DNA of 64,000 bases, taken from contig CAZABB010000001.1 in assembly GCA_964483625.1 (NCBI GenBank), forward strand, positions 67,222 through 131,221, given 5' to 3'. Of the stretch, positions 19,469 to 28,733 are shown one piece after another. Source of the stretch: an uncultured Planctomycetia bacterium (GTDB lineage: Bacteria > Omnitrophota > Gorgyraeia > Duberdicusellales > 4484-171). The first letter of the stretch is position 1, and every line of letters begins with the position of its first letter. Both the position numbers and the translations under genes were made by a program. Under the pieces are notes generated by a model. That model saw only the letters and a list, made by a program, of their open reading frames with translations, was not told the DNA's origin and searched no databases.

Positions 19469-21669
19469 TTCTTTCTATGAGACTTACGTTTTCGAAAGTC
19501 CTCCTCGACAATCTTCAGGTGTCCGGAGAAAAAGAAACAATCCTGCCGGACCTCTTTTTGATGACCGTTCGTTTTAACTCCCACCATACGTGCTCCCGGA
19601 TATACGGAAGCGTTATTGACATAGGAGGTATATTCATCGGATTTTTTCGTATATTCCAGTAATACCGTAGGTAGCTGGCCGCGCCACCTTTTCCTGCCTC
19701 GTAATCCTACAAACTCACTGCGGGGATTGCGTATTTTTACCTCGGTGAAATCATCAAGACCGGGGAATCCGCCTTCTCCCCAGGAATCCACCCATTGCCG
19801 GTATCGTTCCGAAAGGACAACCCCGATCTTACGTCCGGAAACCGGAAGCGGGAACTGAGTCTTCAGAGAAACCTTCCATTCTATCTGCTTCTCGTCGGGG
19901 ACATTAATTTTCCAAATCTCCTCTACGGGATGAAGGCCGTATTTAGTCTTTAAGATGACGCCGTTACTGCCTTGTCGCTCGAAATCCCAGCAGCCTAAAG
20001 AAGAGTGATGGAATTGACCGTTCTCCAAAGACACTTCGCTGACCAGACCCGCCCCTTGTGTCAATTTCATTCCACCCCAATAGATCTCGATTTCGTTATG
20101 TTCAAAGATGATCTCCAGTCTTCCGACCCTGATCCTCTTTTCCGGAGCAACGACACGCATCTTCCTGCGTTGATCCCACAACCTCTCTTTGGGAAGAATG
20201 ATCAGCCGCCGGAAAAAGAATCTCCCTGTCTTAAACAGAGCCATGAAGACACCGTCTTTTTTTAACGTCGACCAAATCAACTGAAGATAATAGTACACCC
20301 GATTGCCTTTCTTTGCCCGGTGCTGCCGGATATATTTCTTGACCCATCGGCCATAGGCATACCGTACCGCTTCGGTCAGATCTTTACTCGTTAATTCATC
20401 CAGATGGATGACACTCCGGTGATTTCCGTCATACTCCGACCAGCGCCGTGAACGTAACGCGCCTTTACGATCCATTTCCTTGTAGAAATCCGTACCCGGG
20501 AAAGGAGTCGCGATGGAAAACTGGACCGTTTCCGGATCCAACCGCAAGGCGAAATCGGTAGTATCCTGGATCGTCTGTCTGGTTTCTCCGGGCAGCCCGA
20601 AGGTAAAGGTAAGATGCGTTTTGATATCCAGCATCTTGGTAAACTTGATAATCTCTTCAGTACGTTTGATGTTCATATTCTTATCTATACCGTCGAGCAG
20701 CGCTTGCGACGACGATTCAACTCCGTATTTTACGGCATAGAGACCGGTTTCTTTCATATTTTGTAAGATCTCTTCATCCATAAGATCTGCTCTCGCCATG
20801 ATTGCCCATGGCACATCTAATTTTCGTTTCTTTATTTCGGCACAGAAGGCAAGCATGCGGTCTTTTCCGATATTGAACGTATCGTCATCGAAATAAATCG
20901 ACTTAAATTTCATCTCCTTGGTCAAGAACTCCATCTCATCAACAACATCGACGATATCCCTTGTGCGGTAATTATGTCCATGATACATAACCTGCGGCCA
21001 GAGACAGAACTTACAACGGAACGGACAACCGCGGGAAGCAAGCATCTGGGCTGAAGGCAAAGGAATGTCCCCCGGGCTGTCATTATAGCGGTACATCGGG
21101 AGACCCTCCCGCAACGGCCACGGCAAAGCGTTTAAATCCGTCAACGAACGTAACGGTGTACGATGAATTCCTTCCCGATTCCGATAGATCAATCCCGCCA
21201 CAGAAGCCAAATCCCGGCCGGCACGAAGGGCTTTCACCAGTTCAAGCAGAGTAAATTCATATTCCCCCACAAGCACGTAACGAACAAAGGGATATTGTTT
21301 CAGAAACGATTCACTGCGGATATTTACATCCGGGCCACACAAAACAAGATGAATACGCGTTCCCAGACGGCTTAACAATCGCAGATCATGCTCGAGAGTA
21401 ACGGTGGAAACCTCACATACCAGAAGATCCGGCTTCAATGTGCGCATTGAGTGCAGGAACGACCGGTAAGAAATCCTCTGAGCGATCGCATCGATTAAGG
21501 TCACCTTAAAATCATGCTTCTTAAGCAATGCCGCCGCATAGGCCAGAAAAAACGGAAAGGGAAGGTAGTCGGTCTCGGTGGGCCCTTTCAAATGCGGCCA
21601 GCGTGAACCGGCTCGCACTCCCTGCTTGCCGGATTGCCTCCACGGTAGATTTGCTAAAACGATCTTCAT
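19465..21669 (-). CDS. B12-binding domain/radical SAM (class B) protein with ~300-aa C-terminal extension carrying one copy of the W-rich module
   Basis: N-terminal MKIVLANLPW...FLAYAAALLKKHDFKVTLIDA (cobalamin-binding Rossmann-like), then CPFRCKFCLWPQV radical SAM cluster. C-terminal IEIYWGGMKLTQGAGL...WKINVPDEKQIEWKVSL...SERYRQWVDSWGEGGFP. Confidence 0.8.
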   Translation of the reverse strand: MKIVLANLPWRQSGKQGVRAGSRWPHLKGPTETDYLPFPFFLAYAAALLKKHDFKVTLIDAIAQRISYRSFLHSMRTLKPDLLVCEVSTVTLEHDLRLLSRLGTRIHLVLCGPDVNIRSESFLKQYPFVRYVLVGEYEFTLLELVKALRAGRDLASVAGLIYRNREGIHRTPLRSLTDLNALPWPLREGLPMYRYNDSPGDIPLPSAQMLASRGCPFRCKFCLWPQVMYHGHNYRTRDIVDVVDEMEFLTKEMKFKSIYFDDDTFNIGKDRMLAFCAEIKKRKLDVPWAIMARADLMDEEILQNMKETGLYAVKYGVESSSQALLDGIDKNMNIKRTEEIIKFTKMLDIKTHLTFTFGLPGETRQTIQDTTDFALRLDPETVQFSIATPFPGTDFYKEMDRKGALRSRRWSEYDGNHRSVIHLDELTSKDLTEAVRYAYGRWVKKYIRQHRAKKGNRVYYYLQLIWSTLKKDGVFMALFKTGRFFFRRLIILPKERLWDQRRKMRVVAPEKRIRVGRLEIIFEHNEIEIYWGGMKLTQGAGLVSEVSLENGQFHHSSLGCWDFERQGSNGVILKTKYGLHPVEEIWKINVPDEKQIEWKVSLKTQFPLPVSGRKIGVVLSERYRQWVDSWGEGGFPGLDDFTEVKIRNPRSEFVGLRGRKRWRGQLPTVLLEYTKKSDEYTSYVNNASVYPGARMVGVKTNGHQKEVRQDCFFFSGHLKIVEEDFRKRKSHRKK

Positions 21670-24600
21670 GTCCTCATGAATTTCTCTAAACCATATTCCT
21701 TCATATTTTCATGGATACGGAGAATAACCTGATGCGTATCGCAATTATTACAGAACTCGTCATAGAGCCTAACTCCGTTTTTCAGCACGACATTTTTATT
21801 GTGCGTAAGATCTTTTGCCTGGATCCTCAGCTGGTTATATTCGGGAGAATTCCAGATCTCTTCCAATGATCTTCCGTTGATCGAATCAATCACGCGCAGA
21901 TGACAGCACATACTTACTTCTCCCTTAGCCAGCACCAGACAGAAAAACCATCCTACCGGACACCCCAGTTTTAAAAAGGCGTTTTCCGACCAATATCCCG
22001 TACGGGAATCGTAATGTTTCAACTGAAACGATAAATTGTCTTCGATCTTTCTTTCCTGTTCATTGAGATAACAACTCACCTTTTTTATCGAATCTCTCAT
22101 TTGTTCGATGTGTTGAGACTGCAACTTAAGATTTTTGATGTTTTGATCTATACGGGCAAGATAAAACCGTATCTTATCCGCGCCTACAGCGACATCTGTC
22201 CTGGCCATCTCTTCCAATTCATGATAGTTGAGCGCATGGATCACATGAGTCATCTGTACCAAAGGCATCCGTTTCCCCAAAGCATTACGTAGAGAAATAA
22301 GGTTGGAAAGATTTTTCGTAATGACACCAAAGATATCTTTTGACTGCTTTGAATTAATCAAAGCATAGGTCTGCGCCGTCCCGGCGGGAAGACTGCAGAA
22401 AATTTCATTAATCTCAAGCTCAAGCAAAATCTTGGCTTTTTTTTCGTCAAGCAAGATCCCATTGGTAAAAAATAACACTTTCAATCCTTTGTTCCGGGCG
22501 TAACGAACCATATCGATAAAACGGGTATCCAGAAGCGGCTCACCGTCACCCTGAATGATAATCTCATCACAAAGAAGTTCAGCCGCATCGTCGATAATGC
22601 GCCGGTAGAGATTGTCGTCCATCTTTAACTCTTCATCCTGCCGGGACGAGACACGCTTTGGATTATGGATCCAGCAATGGATGCAATCGGTATTGCACGA
22701 ATGGAACGTATCCAGAACAATGGTCTGGGGACCGATAAAGGCGTGCTCGCATATCACTCCCAGAAGGCGCAATAGATCTTTTTCATTGTGTTGATCGGCC
22801 GAAGTAGAAACCAGCGAAAGCAACTCCAGCAGATCGTGGTCTTTTAAAAAAAGCTCGATACCCGTATGTTGTATACGCGTATTCAATTCGCGCAGGTATT
22901 CAATAAAATACGCCAGAAGATTGCGCACCGGGAAGAGCGACAGAGAGAGTGAACGCAGATCGATACGCTGATTCATCAGCGTCGAGGCATATTGGACAAT
23001 CTCAGCCAGCCGGAAAAAATTAAACTTGGTGACGCCGATGCGGAGATTGGTATCTCCGGGAGATATATTTTTGATCCTTTCCTGGATGCGGAGAAACTCC
23101 TCAGACTGATCACCCGCTTTATCGTGCAACACAGCGTTATCACCGTAAAGATATATCGCATTTTTCTTGTTTTTATCGTCCGGCCGGGTTTCGACAAACA
23201 CGTTTTCTTTTTTCAGACGCGCGGCAAGTTCTTCTATCCTTTCTGCGCACGCACGCTTGTCCGAGAGACGTTGAAATTCCTCCTGTCGTCTTTTTCTCTC
23301 CTTTTCTCTACGCTGTCTGAGCCGGGCAACAACTGCCTGCAACCGTTCTCTCCGAGGATAAAACCGAATAATACCTCTGAGCGTCACGATCGTACCCGCC
23401 TGCGGGGATCCCATTGTTTCTTCTCCCGACGCCTCCAAGATACATGCCGAAGAATCGATATCGCCATGATATACCGACAAAGAGGAGAATTTTGTGTGCT
23501 CATTTTGAAACGTAAAACCGGGGATGTTTTCTTTTTGTGGCAATACGCCGATAAAGGCGGGCGGAGCATCGCCGGGCTGATTCATGGGGACCCAATGGGT
23601 ATCGAACCGTGCCGGGAAAGAACCGGAATCCGGACCGGCGACCCATTCACGATATCCTTTGGAAACAAACAAAGAAGCCTTAACGTAATCTATCAGCAAA
23701 GGCTGACGGCATTCTATGTCGACATTCCAGATAAGAGCATCCTCTTGAGAGAAAGTCAAATACCATTTCTGTACGAGGGGCAGATGATGTAATCTAAAAT
23801 AAATGATCATTTCTTTCGCCGATGGTCGTTCTACCGTTACGGTCGAATCCCTCGAGCTGTACCATCGCCCTCCCGTCAGGCAGACCACTCGGAAACCGTC
23901 TCCTTTGGTAATTTCATGTTCACCGTGATACATATATATCTGATTGGCAGGGTCAAGATAAAGCCTGTAAGCCCCCCGGGACAGGGTACATCGCTGTTCC
24001 TCTTCTTTCTTCTCTCTTAGAATACGCTGCTGTTCCTGTCTCTCCCGATCTGAAATATGTTTTTCCAGCAAACTCCGGCTGGGATCGATCTGAAATTCTC
24101 CCGTGCCGCAAAGATATTCACCCGGAAGGAAAGATTCGTCTTTCCGGCAAAAACGGAATTCAAAGATGCGGCAGGATAAAGTGAGATCGCTGGTATAAAG
24201 ATGGGAAACGGCCGGGTGAGGATAAAACGAATGGAAAAGCAGCGTGGGATATTCCTCCTGCGAAGAAAGCGCGCCAAACTGATCTGAAGTATCCCGGGAT
24301 AACTCGACCGGTGATACATACGTGTCGGAAAACGAAGGGAAACATCCCCGGCGGCGGGAATCGCTCCAGCTATCATAAAACCGAGAGACATAAAACTGAA
24401 CATGCACCTCATCCAGACGCAATGGCACGCTGGTATTCACATACATTTCCCATCGTATGTTCTTATCCGGCGTGATGTTCATTTTCCACCTTTGCGTAAA
24501 AGAAGATTTAGCAGCCTGCGAAACGATCTCCATTTCGACGGGAGAAATTTTACGTATGCCCAGCCGGCCATCACAAAAATGATGCCATTGAGCTTCGGAT

Positions 24601-24836
24601 AACACTCTGGTGCTCAAACCATGATATTTTGTAATCTCGGTCTCTCCCCAAAATATCCTCAAACGGTTATCCTCGTCAAACCATACCCGGCATTCACTAT
24701 CTCCGATGGTTCTTTCAGTAATACGTTCCTGCGCTTCCAACATTTGGAACTTTTTGATTCGTTTTCTAAACATTTCTCTTAGTGCGCGCATAACACCCGA
24801 TTTTTCTTCGGCACACATCGGAAGAAAAACGGACAA
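21666..24836 (-). CDS. Large (1056 aa) multidomain radical SAM/SPASM protein: two N-terminal W-rich modules, middle domain, then C-terminal rSAM
   Basis: C-terminal CNTDCIHCWIHNP, GDGEPLLD, FFTNGILLD, CCHLRVIDS...CNNCDTHQ (as in ORF 771..2471). N-terminal LRIFWGETEITKYHGL...WKMNITPDKNIRWEMYV...SRFYDSWSDSRRRGCFP and IYMYHGEHEITKGDGF...WYLTFSQEDALIWNVDI...SKGYREWVAGPDSGSFP. Confidence 0.8.
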   Translation of the reverse strand: MSVFLPMCAEEKSGVMRALREMFRKRIKKFQMLEAQERITERTIGDSECRVWFDEDNRLRIFWGETEITKYHGLSTRVLSEAQWHHFCDGRLGIRKISPVEMEIVSQAAKSSFTQRWKMNITPDKNIRWEMYVNTSVPLRLDEVHVQFYVSRFYDSWSDSRRRGCFPSFSDTYVSPVELSRDTSDQFGALSSQEEYPTLLFHSFYPHPAVSHLYTSDLTLSCRIFEFRFCRKDESFLPGEYLCGTGEFQIDPSRSLLEKHISDRERQEQQRILREKKEEEQRCTLSRGAYRLYLDPANQIYMYHGEHEITKGDGFRVVCLTGGRWYSSRDSTVTVERPSAKEMIIYFRLHHLPLVQKWYLTFSQEDALIWNVDIECRQPLLIDYVKASLFVSKGYREWVAGPDSGSFPARFDTHWVPMNQPGDAPPAFIGVLPQKENIPGFTFQNEHTKFSSLSVYHGDIDSSACILEASGEETMGSPQAGTIVTLRGIIRFYPRRERLQAVVARLRQRREKERKRRQEEFQRLSDKRACAERIEELAARLKKENVFVETRPDDKNKKNAIYLYGDNAVLHDKAGDQSEEFLRIQERIKNISPGDTNLRIGVTKFNFFRLAEIVQYASTLMNQRIDLRSLSLSLFPVRNLLAYFIEYLRELNTRIQHTGIELFLKDHDLLELLSLVSTSADQHNEKDLLRLLGVICEHAFIGPQTIVLDTFHSCNTDCIHCWIHNPKRVSSRQDEELKMDDNLYRRIIDDAAELLCDEIIIQGDGEPLLDTRFIDMVRYARNKGLKVLFFTNGILLDEKKAKILLELEINEIFCSLPAGTAQTYALINSKQSKDIFGVITKNLSNLISLRNALGKRMPLVQMTHVIHALNYHELEEMARTDVAVGADKIRFYLARIDQNIKNLKLQSQHIEQMRDSIKKVSCYLNEQERKIEDNLSFQLKHYDSRTGYWSENAFLKLGCPVGWFFCLVLAKGEVSMCCHLRVIDSINGRSLEEIWNSPEYNQLRIQAKDLTHNKNVVLKNGVRLYDEFCNNCDTHQVILRIHENMKEYGLEKFMRT

Positions 24837-24851
24837 TTTTCTCCCGGCCGC

Positions 24852-25904
24852 CTAGGCGTTCCTTTCCGAATCTCCGTCGAACGAACAATTAAAACGAAAA
24901 TGACAAAATTCGCGGCATTCCCGTATGTTCTGCCGCACGCAATGAGCCTTTTGGGAAAACCACATCTTTTCTATACTTTCTTCCCTCACGTTTCCCAGGG
25001 ACTCTTTTACAAAACAAAGGTAGACTTCACCCGAAGGATTAATATTCAAATCTCGATCACCAATCGTACAGGGAAGGCGAGGAACCCCTTCCCGCGGATC
25101 TGTAAAATAGGCCCGATAGGCACGCAATTGCTCAACCGAATTAGCAATTTTCGCGTTGGACGCTTTCGCCGCCAGCACAGCCTGGATGTTCCTTTCCGAT
25201 TCGCGGGAATCATCAGGCCAGAGCACACCGTATTCTTCACTTTTACGCCAGGACTCATCCTGCCCCGAGCCAAAAGGGCACACAATTGCCTGAAAATAAA
25301 TATAATCGATCCGGTCATCCCGCCTTACCCATTCCGTCAGAGGCAAAAGCTCTGTGATATTCTGCTTCATAATCACCGTCTGAATATTAATCCCCACGCC
25401 GGGAGCGTAACGGCGAAGATAATCGATCCCCCGCATCACGCGCATAAACGCCCCTTGAACTCCCCGCAACCTATCGTACACCTCCTCCTTCAGACTGTCT
25501 AAAGAAATACAGACTCTCCACACACCCGCATCGCTTATTCTTTTGGCGAGATCTCTATCGATAAGATAGGCATTCGTGTCAATAGACACTTTATATCCAC
25601 GCCGGGAAGTCACATAGGCCATATCCAATATATCCTGCTTTAAAAAAGGCTCGCCGCCGGAAAATATAATGTCGTGCTGAGGATTATAAAAGTTTCTCAG
25701 GCTCTCAACAACCCTGCTCCACTGGATAACCGTAAGTTCGTCCAAAAAACTCGTTTCCTCCCGCCAGATACGGCACATGCGGCAGCGAAACATACACCGT
25801 AACGTTGCCACAAAACAACAGTAGGATGGCAGTAAACCCGATGGGGATCCCTCCGGACATAAAAACCTATCTGTTTTCTTGTTTGTATCCATAGGCGTCG
25901 ACAT
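24852..25904 (-). CDS. Radical SAM/SPASM-like protein, family A paralog (first rSAM of the operon)
   Basis: CMFRCRMCRIW, SGGEPF, IDTNAYLID, SLDSLKEEVYDRLRG, C-terminal CTIGDR...YLCFVKESLGN...CREFCHFRFNCSF. Confidence 0.8.
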   Translation of the reverse strand: MSTPMDTNKKTDRFLCPEGSPSGLLPSYCCFVATLRCMFRCRMCRIWREETSFLDELTVIQWSRVVESLRNFYNPQHDIIFSGGEPFLKQDILDMAYVTSRRGYKVSIDTNAYLIDRDLAKRISDAGVWRVCISLDSLKEEVYDRLRGVQGAFMRVMRGIDYLRRYAPGVGINIQTVIMKQNITELLPLTEWVRRDDRIDYIYFQAIVCPFGSGQDESWRKSEEYGVLWPDDSRESERNIQAVLAAKASNAKIANSVEQLRAYRAYFTDPREGVPRLPCTIGDRDLNINPSGEVYLCFVKESLGNVREESIEKMWFSQKAHCVRQNIRECREFCHFRFNCSFDGDSERNA

Positions 25905-28723
25905 TAGGGAGCAATGTTAATACATCCCTCAATACATCTTTCTCTGCCAGACAGCTCGCGAGGAAAGAGCGGTGATTGACATTGAAGGATCCGGGCTTGA
26001 AATAAATCGTCGGCGTTTTCGACAAGTGTCTCATATCCTCCATCATGGGAATAACAATGCAAGGTAACCGCAGGAATATATTGTCGTTCCAGAAGACCGG
26101 ATCTCATTTTGACTTTTTTCACTCCAATACGTGCCGATGCGTCTCCGCTCCATAATTGATCCCACCTCTTACCGTCGTGATGATTGAATCGATCAGGGAA
26201 TCGCTTATATGTTCCCCCCGGAGCAAACCATTCTTTATATTTATCCGAGAGCATAATATTCACCTGTTCTCTTTCTACTTCCGCTGTCCCTTCTCTCGTA
26301 TCCCATACCATACTTCTGACTTTCCACAAAATAGAATGTTCATCAACCACATGAATTTCCCATATCTGGCGGAGAGAAAGCCTCGGCCAATATCCTTGAG
26401 CCTCTATCCTGTTGTCGTTTTCGGATCTCACCTGCCACCGGGCATGAGACGAATCATTCCAAAACCCTCTTATAAAAAACGATGTGTAGAAACCGAGCCC
26501 TTTGGTACACTCTATACCGTTCCAGAAAATCTTTCCTTTCCCTGAAGCAAGGGCAAAACGTAATCTACCCACCTCTGCCGATACATCCTGCTTCGCTTGT
26601 TCGGGATTATGGGAAGAAATGTTTTCTTTCCGAAAAACTGGTGTACCGGCGCGGGAACTCACGTGTAATTTCCCTCGGAAAAAGCGATATCCACCGACCT
26701 GAGCATCAGGAAAATCGATGCCGATATACTGTAATTTTACCTTAGGTTCGGTTCCCCGATACGTATAAATGTAAGCGGCACATAAGGCGGCATCATCGCA
26801 GAGAAACGTCACGTTCGGCATCCGGAGATATTTCCCGGCTTCAGTTCCTCCTACTCCAATAAACGTATCCACATATTTATCTAATATCACCGAGCTCCGA
26901 TTCCCTCCCGTCAGATTTTTAAAATCGCCGCGCTGAGTCTCGCTAAACCATTCTCGATATTCATGACTGAGGATTACTTCCGCGATCTCCTCTTTTATCG
27001 ACAGCGATGTCTCTGATTGCATTGTTACTTCCCAGATAAGATCCTCCTCACTTTCCAGATAGAAACGCCATACCTGAGCAACTCCGGGAAGATTACGCCA
27101 GGAAACAGTAATACGCAACGTTGTCTCATCCTCTTTTTGCGCGTTCCATATAACGTGCTCTGGACTCCCTTCGATATCGTAGTGAATGCCATCGGAACGG
27201 AATACCGTATTAAAACCTGCCCCGGCAGTACACAAGATGTCCTGCCAGTAAAGCCGCAAGAGGAAACCGCTCCACACAAGGCAGAGTGGTCCTTTTTTTA
27301 TTGATAAAAAATCCTGATTGGTTTTCCGAGCCCGAAGGTAACGATCTAATTTTACCCGTTCTCCCTGAGAAAAAACTGAAATATTACCTTTGAAAATAGT
27401 CTTCTGTTCCAAAAAATGATCTTGAGGAAAATATTCATACAGCACCCCACGCCCTTTGAGTTCGGAACCCCGATTACAGATATGACACATCATCTCTGGT
27501 CCATCATCCACTCTTTCCCAGAGAATCGCCAGCGGCACTTTACCAACCTTCTCTTCGGCACTGAATCCCACGGCCTCATCGCGCACGTTCTCGGTCCGAA
27601 CGTCTTCCCATTCGACCGGATGCGGAGAAATCATCGGAAACGCTCCTTCTCCGGTATTGGTCATCCACCGTTTATATTCGTCGACAAATATAGCGGTAAT
27701 CTCGATCTTCTCTATCGGTGTCGGCGCGGCACATTGGATAATGACCTCCCAGAGAAACCTGTTTTCGGAGGATACTGTTATTTTCCATATTTGCACCAGG
27801 GGTAAATCCGGCCACTTCCCCGTCACGACTACTGTCGAGGAGTCCTCCGGAGACGGCTGTACTTCCCAGCGCGCCGTCATCGAAAGGTACTGACGTCCTT
27901 TGCTTATCAGCTTAACATACCCTGCCGGATAAGGAGTAAGCGTACGATCGTGCCATCTCAAGATAAGTCTTCCGTTATTCACCACAATGCCAAGATCGCC
28001 ATCCTGCCGACAAACGATACCCCCCTTATCCCCTATGGTCTCCGTATAATAATTACACACGCTCTCTATCGGACCATCTTTAATCAGCCGACCTTCTCTT
28101 AAGAAAATACCGCGGGCACATAATCTTTTAACCATTGCCAGATCATGCATTATAAAAAGAATCGTCTTACCCATCTCCTTTAACTGAAAAAGTTTATCGA
28201 TACATTTACGTTGCGCATAAAGATCTCCCACCATAAACGCATCGTCAACGAGTAAGATATCCGGATCCACGTGAATCGCGATAGCAAAAGCCAGACGCAG
28301 GGACATACCCTGAGAATAATTTCTGACCGACGCGTTGATGAACCGTCCCACCTCGGCAAAGCGAATAATATCCTCATACCGGACATCTATCTGTGACTTG
28401 GTCAGTCCGAATAGCGATGCGGTAAGATATACATTCTCTTTGCCCGTCAACTCTGACTGAAATCCCGCACCGATCTCCATGAGCGTTGAGACCGACCCTT
28501 TAACATCAATCTTACCTTTATCCGGCTTAAACATGCCGGAAATAAGTTTAAGCAGCGTGGTCTTGCCGGCGCCGTTCTCACCGATAATACCAACTGCCTC
28601 ACCCCGGTGCATATCGAAACTCACATCTCTCAGAGCCCAGAACATTTCCTTACTCACCTTGCCGGATTCTTTATACTCGACCCTGTATCCCAACCACACA
28701 TTTTTGAGAGAAATAACTTCCAT
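25904..28723 (-). CDS. ABC transporter ATP-binding protein, Wzt/TagH/KpsT-like, with ~700-aa C-terminal extension containing three W-rich repeat modules
   Basis: Walker A GENGAGKTTLLKLISG, signature YSQGMSLRLAFA, Walker B ILLVDDAF, H-loop IMHDL. The extension has three repeats (LILRWHDRTLT...WKITVSSENRFLWEVII...EYKRWMTNTGEGAFP; LRLYWQDILCTAGAGF...WRFYLESEEDLIWEVTM...EYREWFSETQRGDF; KIFWNGIECTKGLGF...WEIHVVDEHSILWKVRS...KYKEWFAPGGTYKRFP). Confidence 0.85.
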   Translation of the reverse strand: MEVISLKNVWLGYRVEYKESGKVSKEMFWALRDVSFDMHRGEAVGIIGENGAGKTTLLKLISGMFKPDKGKIDVKGSVSTLMEIGAGFQSELTGKENVYLTASLFGLTKSQIDVRYEDIIRFAEVGRFINASVRNYSQGMSLRLAFAIAIHVDPDILLVDDAFMVGDLYAQRKCIDKLFQLKEMGKTILFIMHDLAMVKRLCARGIFLREGRLIKDGPIESVCNYYTETIGDKGGIVCRQDGDLGIVVNNGRLILRWHDRTLTPYPAGYVKLISKGRQYLSMTARWEVQPSPEDSSTVVVTGKWPDLPLVQIWKITVSSENRFLWEVIIQCAAPTPIEKIEITAIFVDEYKRWMTNTGEGAFPMISPHPVEWEDVRTENVRDEAVGFSAEEKVGKVPLAILWERVDDGPEMMCHICNRGSELKGRGVLYEYFPQDHFLEQKTIFKGNISVFSQGERVKLDRYLRARKTNQDFLSIKKGPLCLVWSGFLLRLYWQDILCTAGAGFNTVFRSDGIHYDIEGSPEHVIWNAQKEDETTLRITVSWRNLPGVAQVWRFYLESEEDLIWEVTMQSETSLSIKEEIAEVILSHEYREWFSETQRGDFKNLTGGNRSSVILDKYVDTFIGVGGTEAGKYLRMPNVTFLCDDAALCAAYIYTYRGTEPKVKLQYIGIDFPDAQVGGYRFFRGKLHVSSRAGTPVFRKENISSHNPEQAKQDVSAEVGRLRFALASGKGKIFWNGIECTKGLGFYTSFFIRGFWNDSSHARWQVRSENDNRIEAQGYWPRLSLRQIWEIHVVDEHSILWKVRSMVWDTREGTAEVEREQVNIMLSDKYKEWFAPGGTYKRFPDRFNHHDGKRWDQLWSGDASARIGVKKVKMRSGLLERQYIPAVTLHCYSHDGGYETLVENADDLFQARILQCQSPLFPRELSGRERCIEGCINIAP

Positions 28724-28733
28724 AGCCTATCGT

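Noticed and set aside
22992-23792. 266-aa plus-strand ORF
   Set aside because: It is antisense to the 1056-aa rSAM gene, which has coherent domain architecture. It is a shadow ORF.
24900-25502. 200-aa plus-strand ORF
   Set aside because: It is antisense to rSAM gene 24852..25904 (CMFRCRMCRIW, SGGEPF). It is a shadow ORF.
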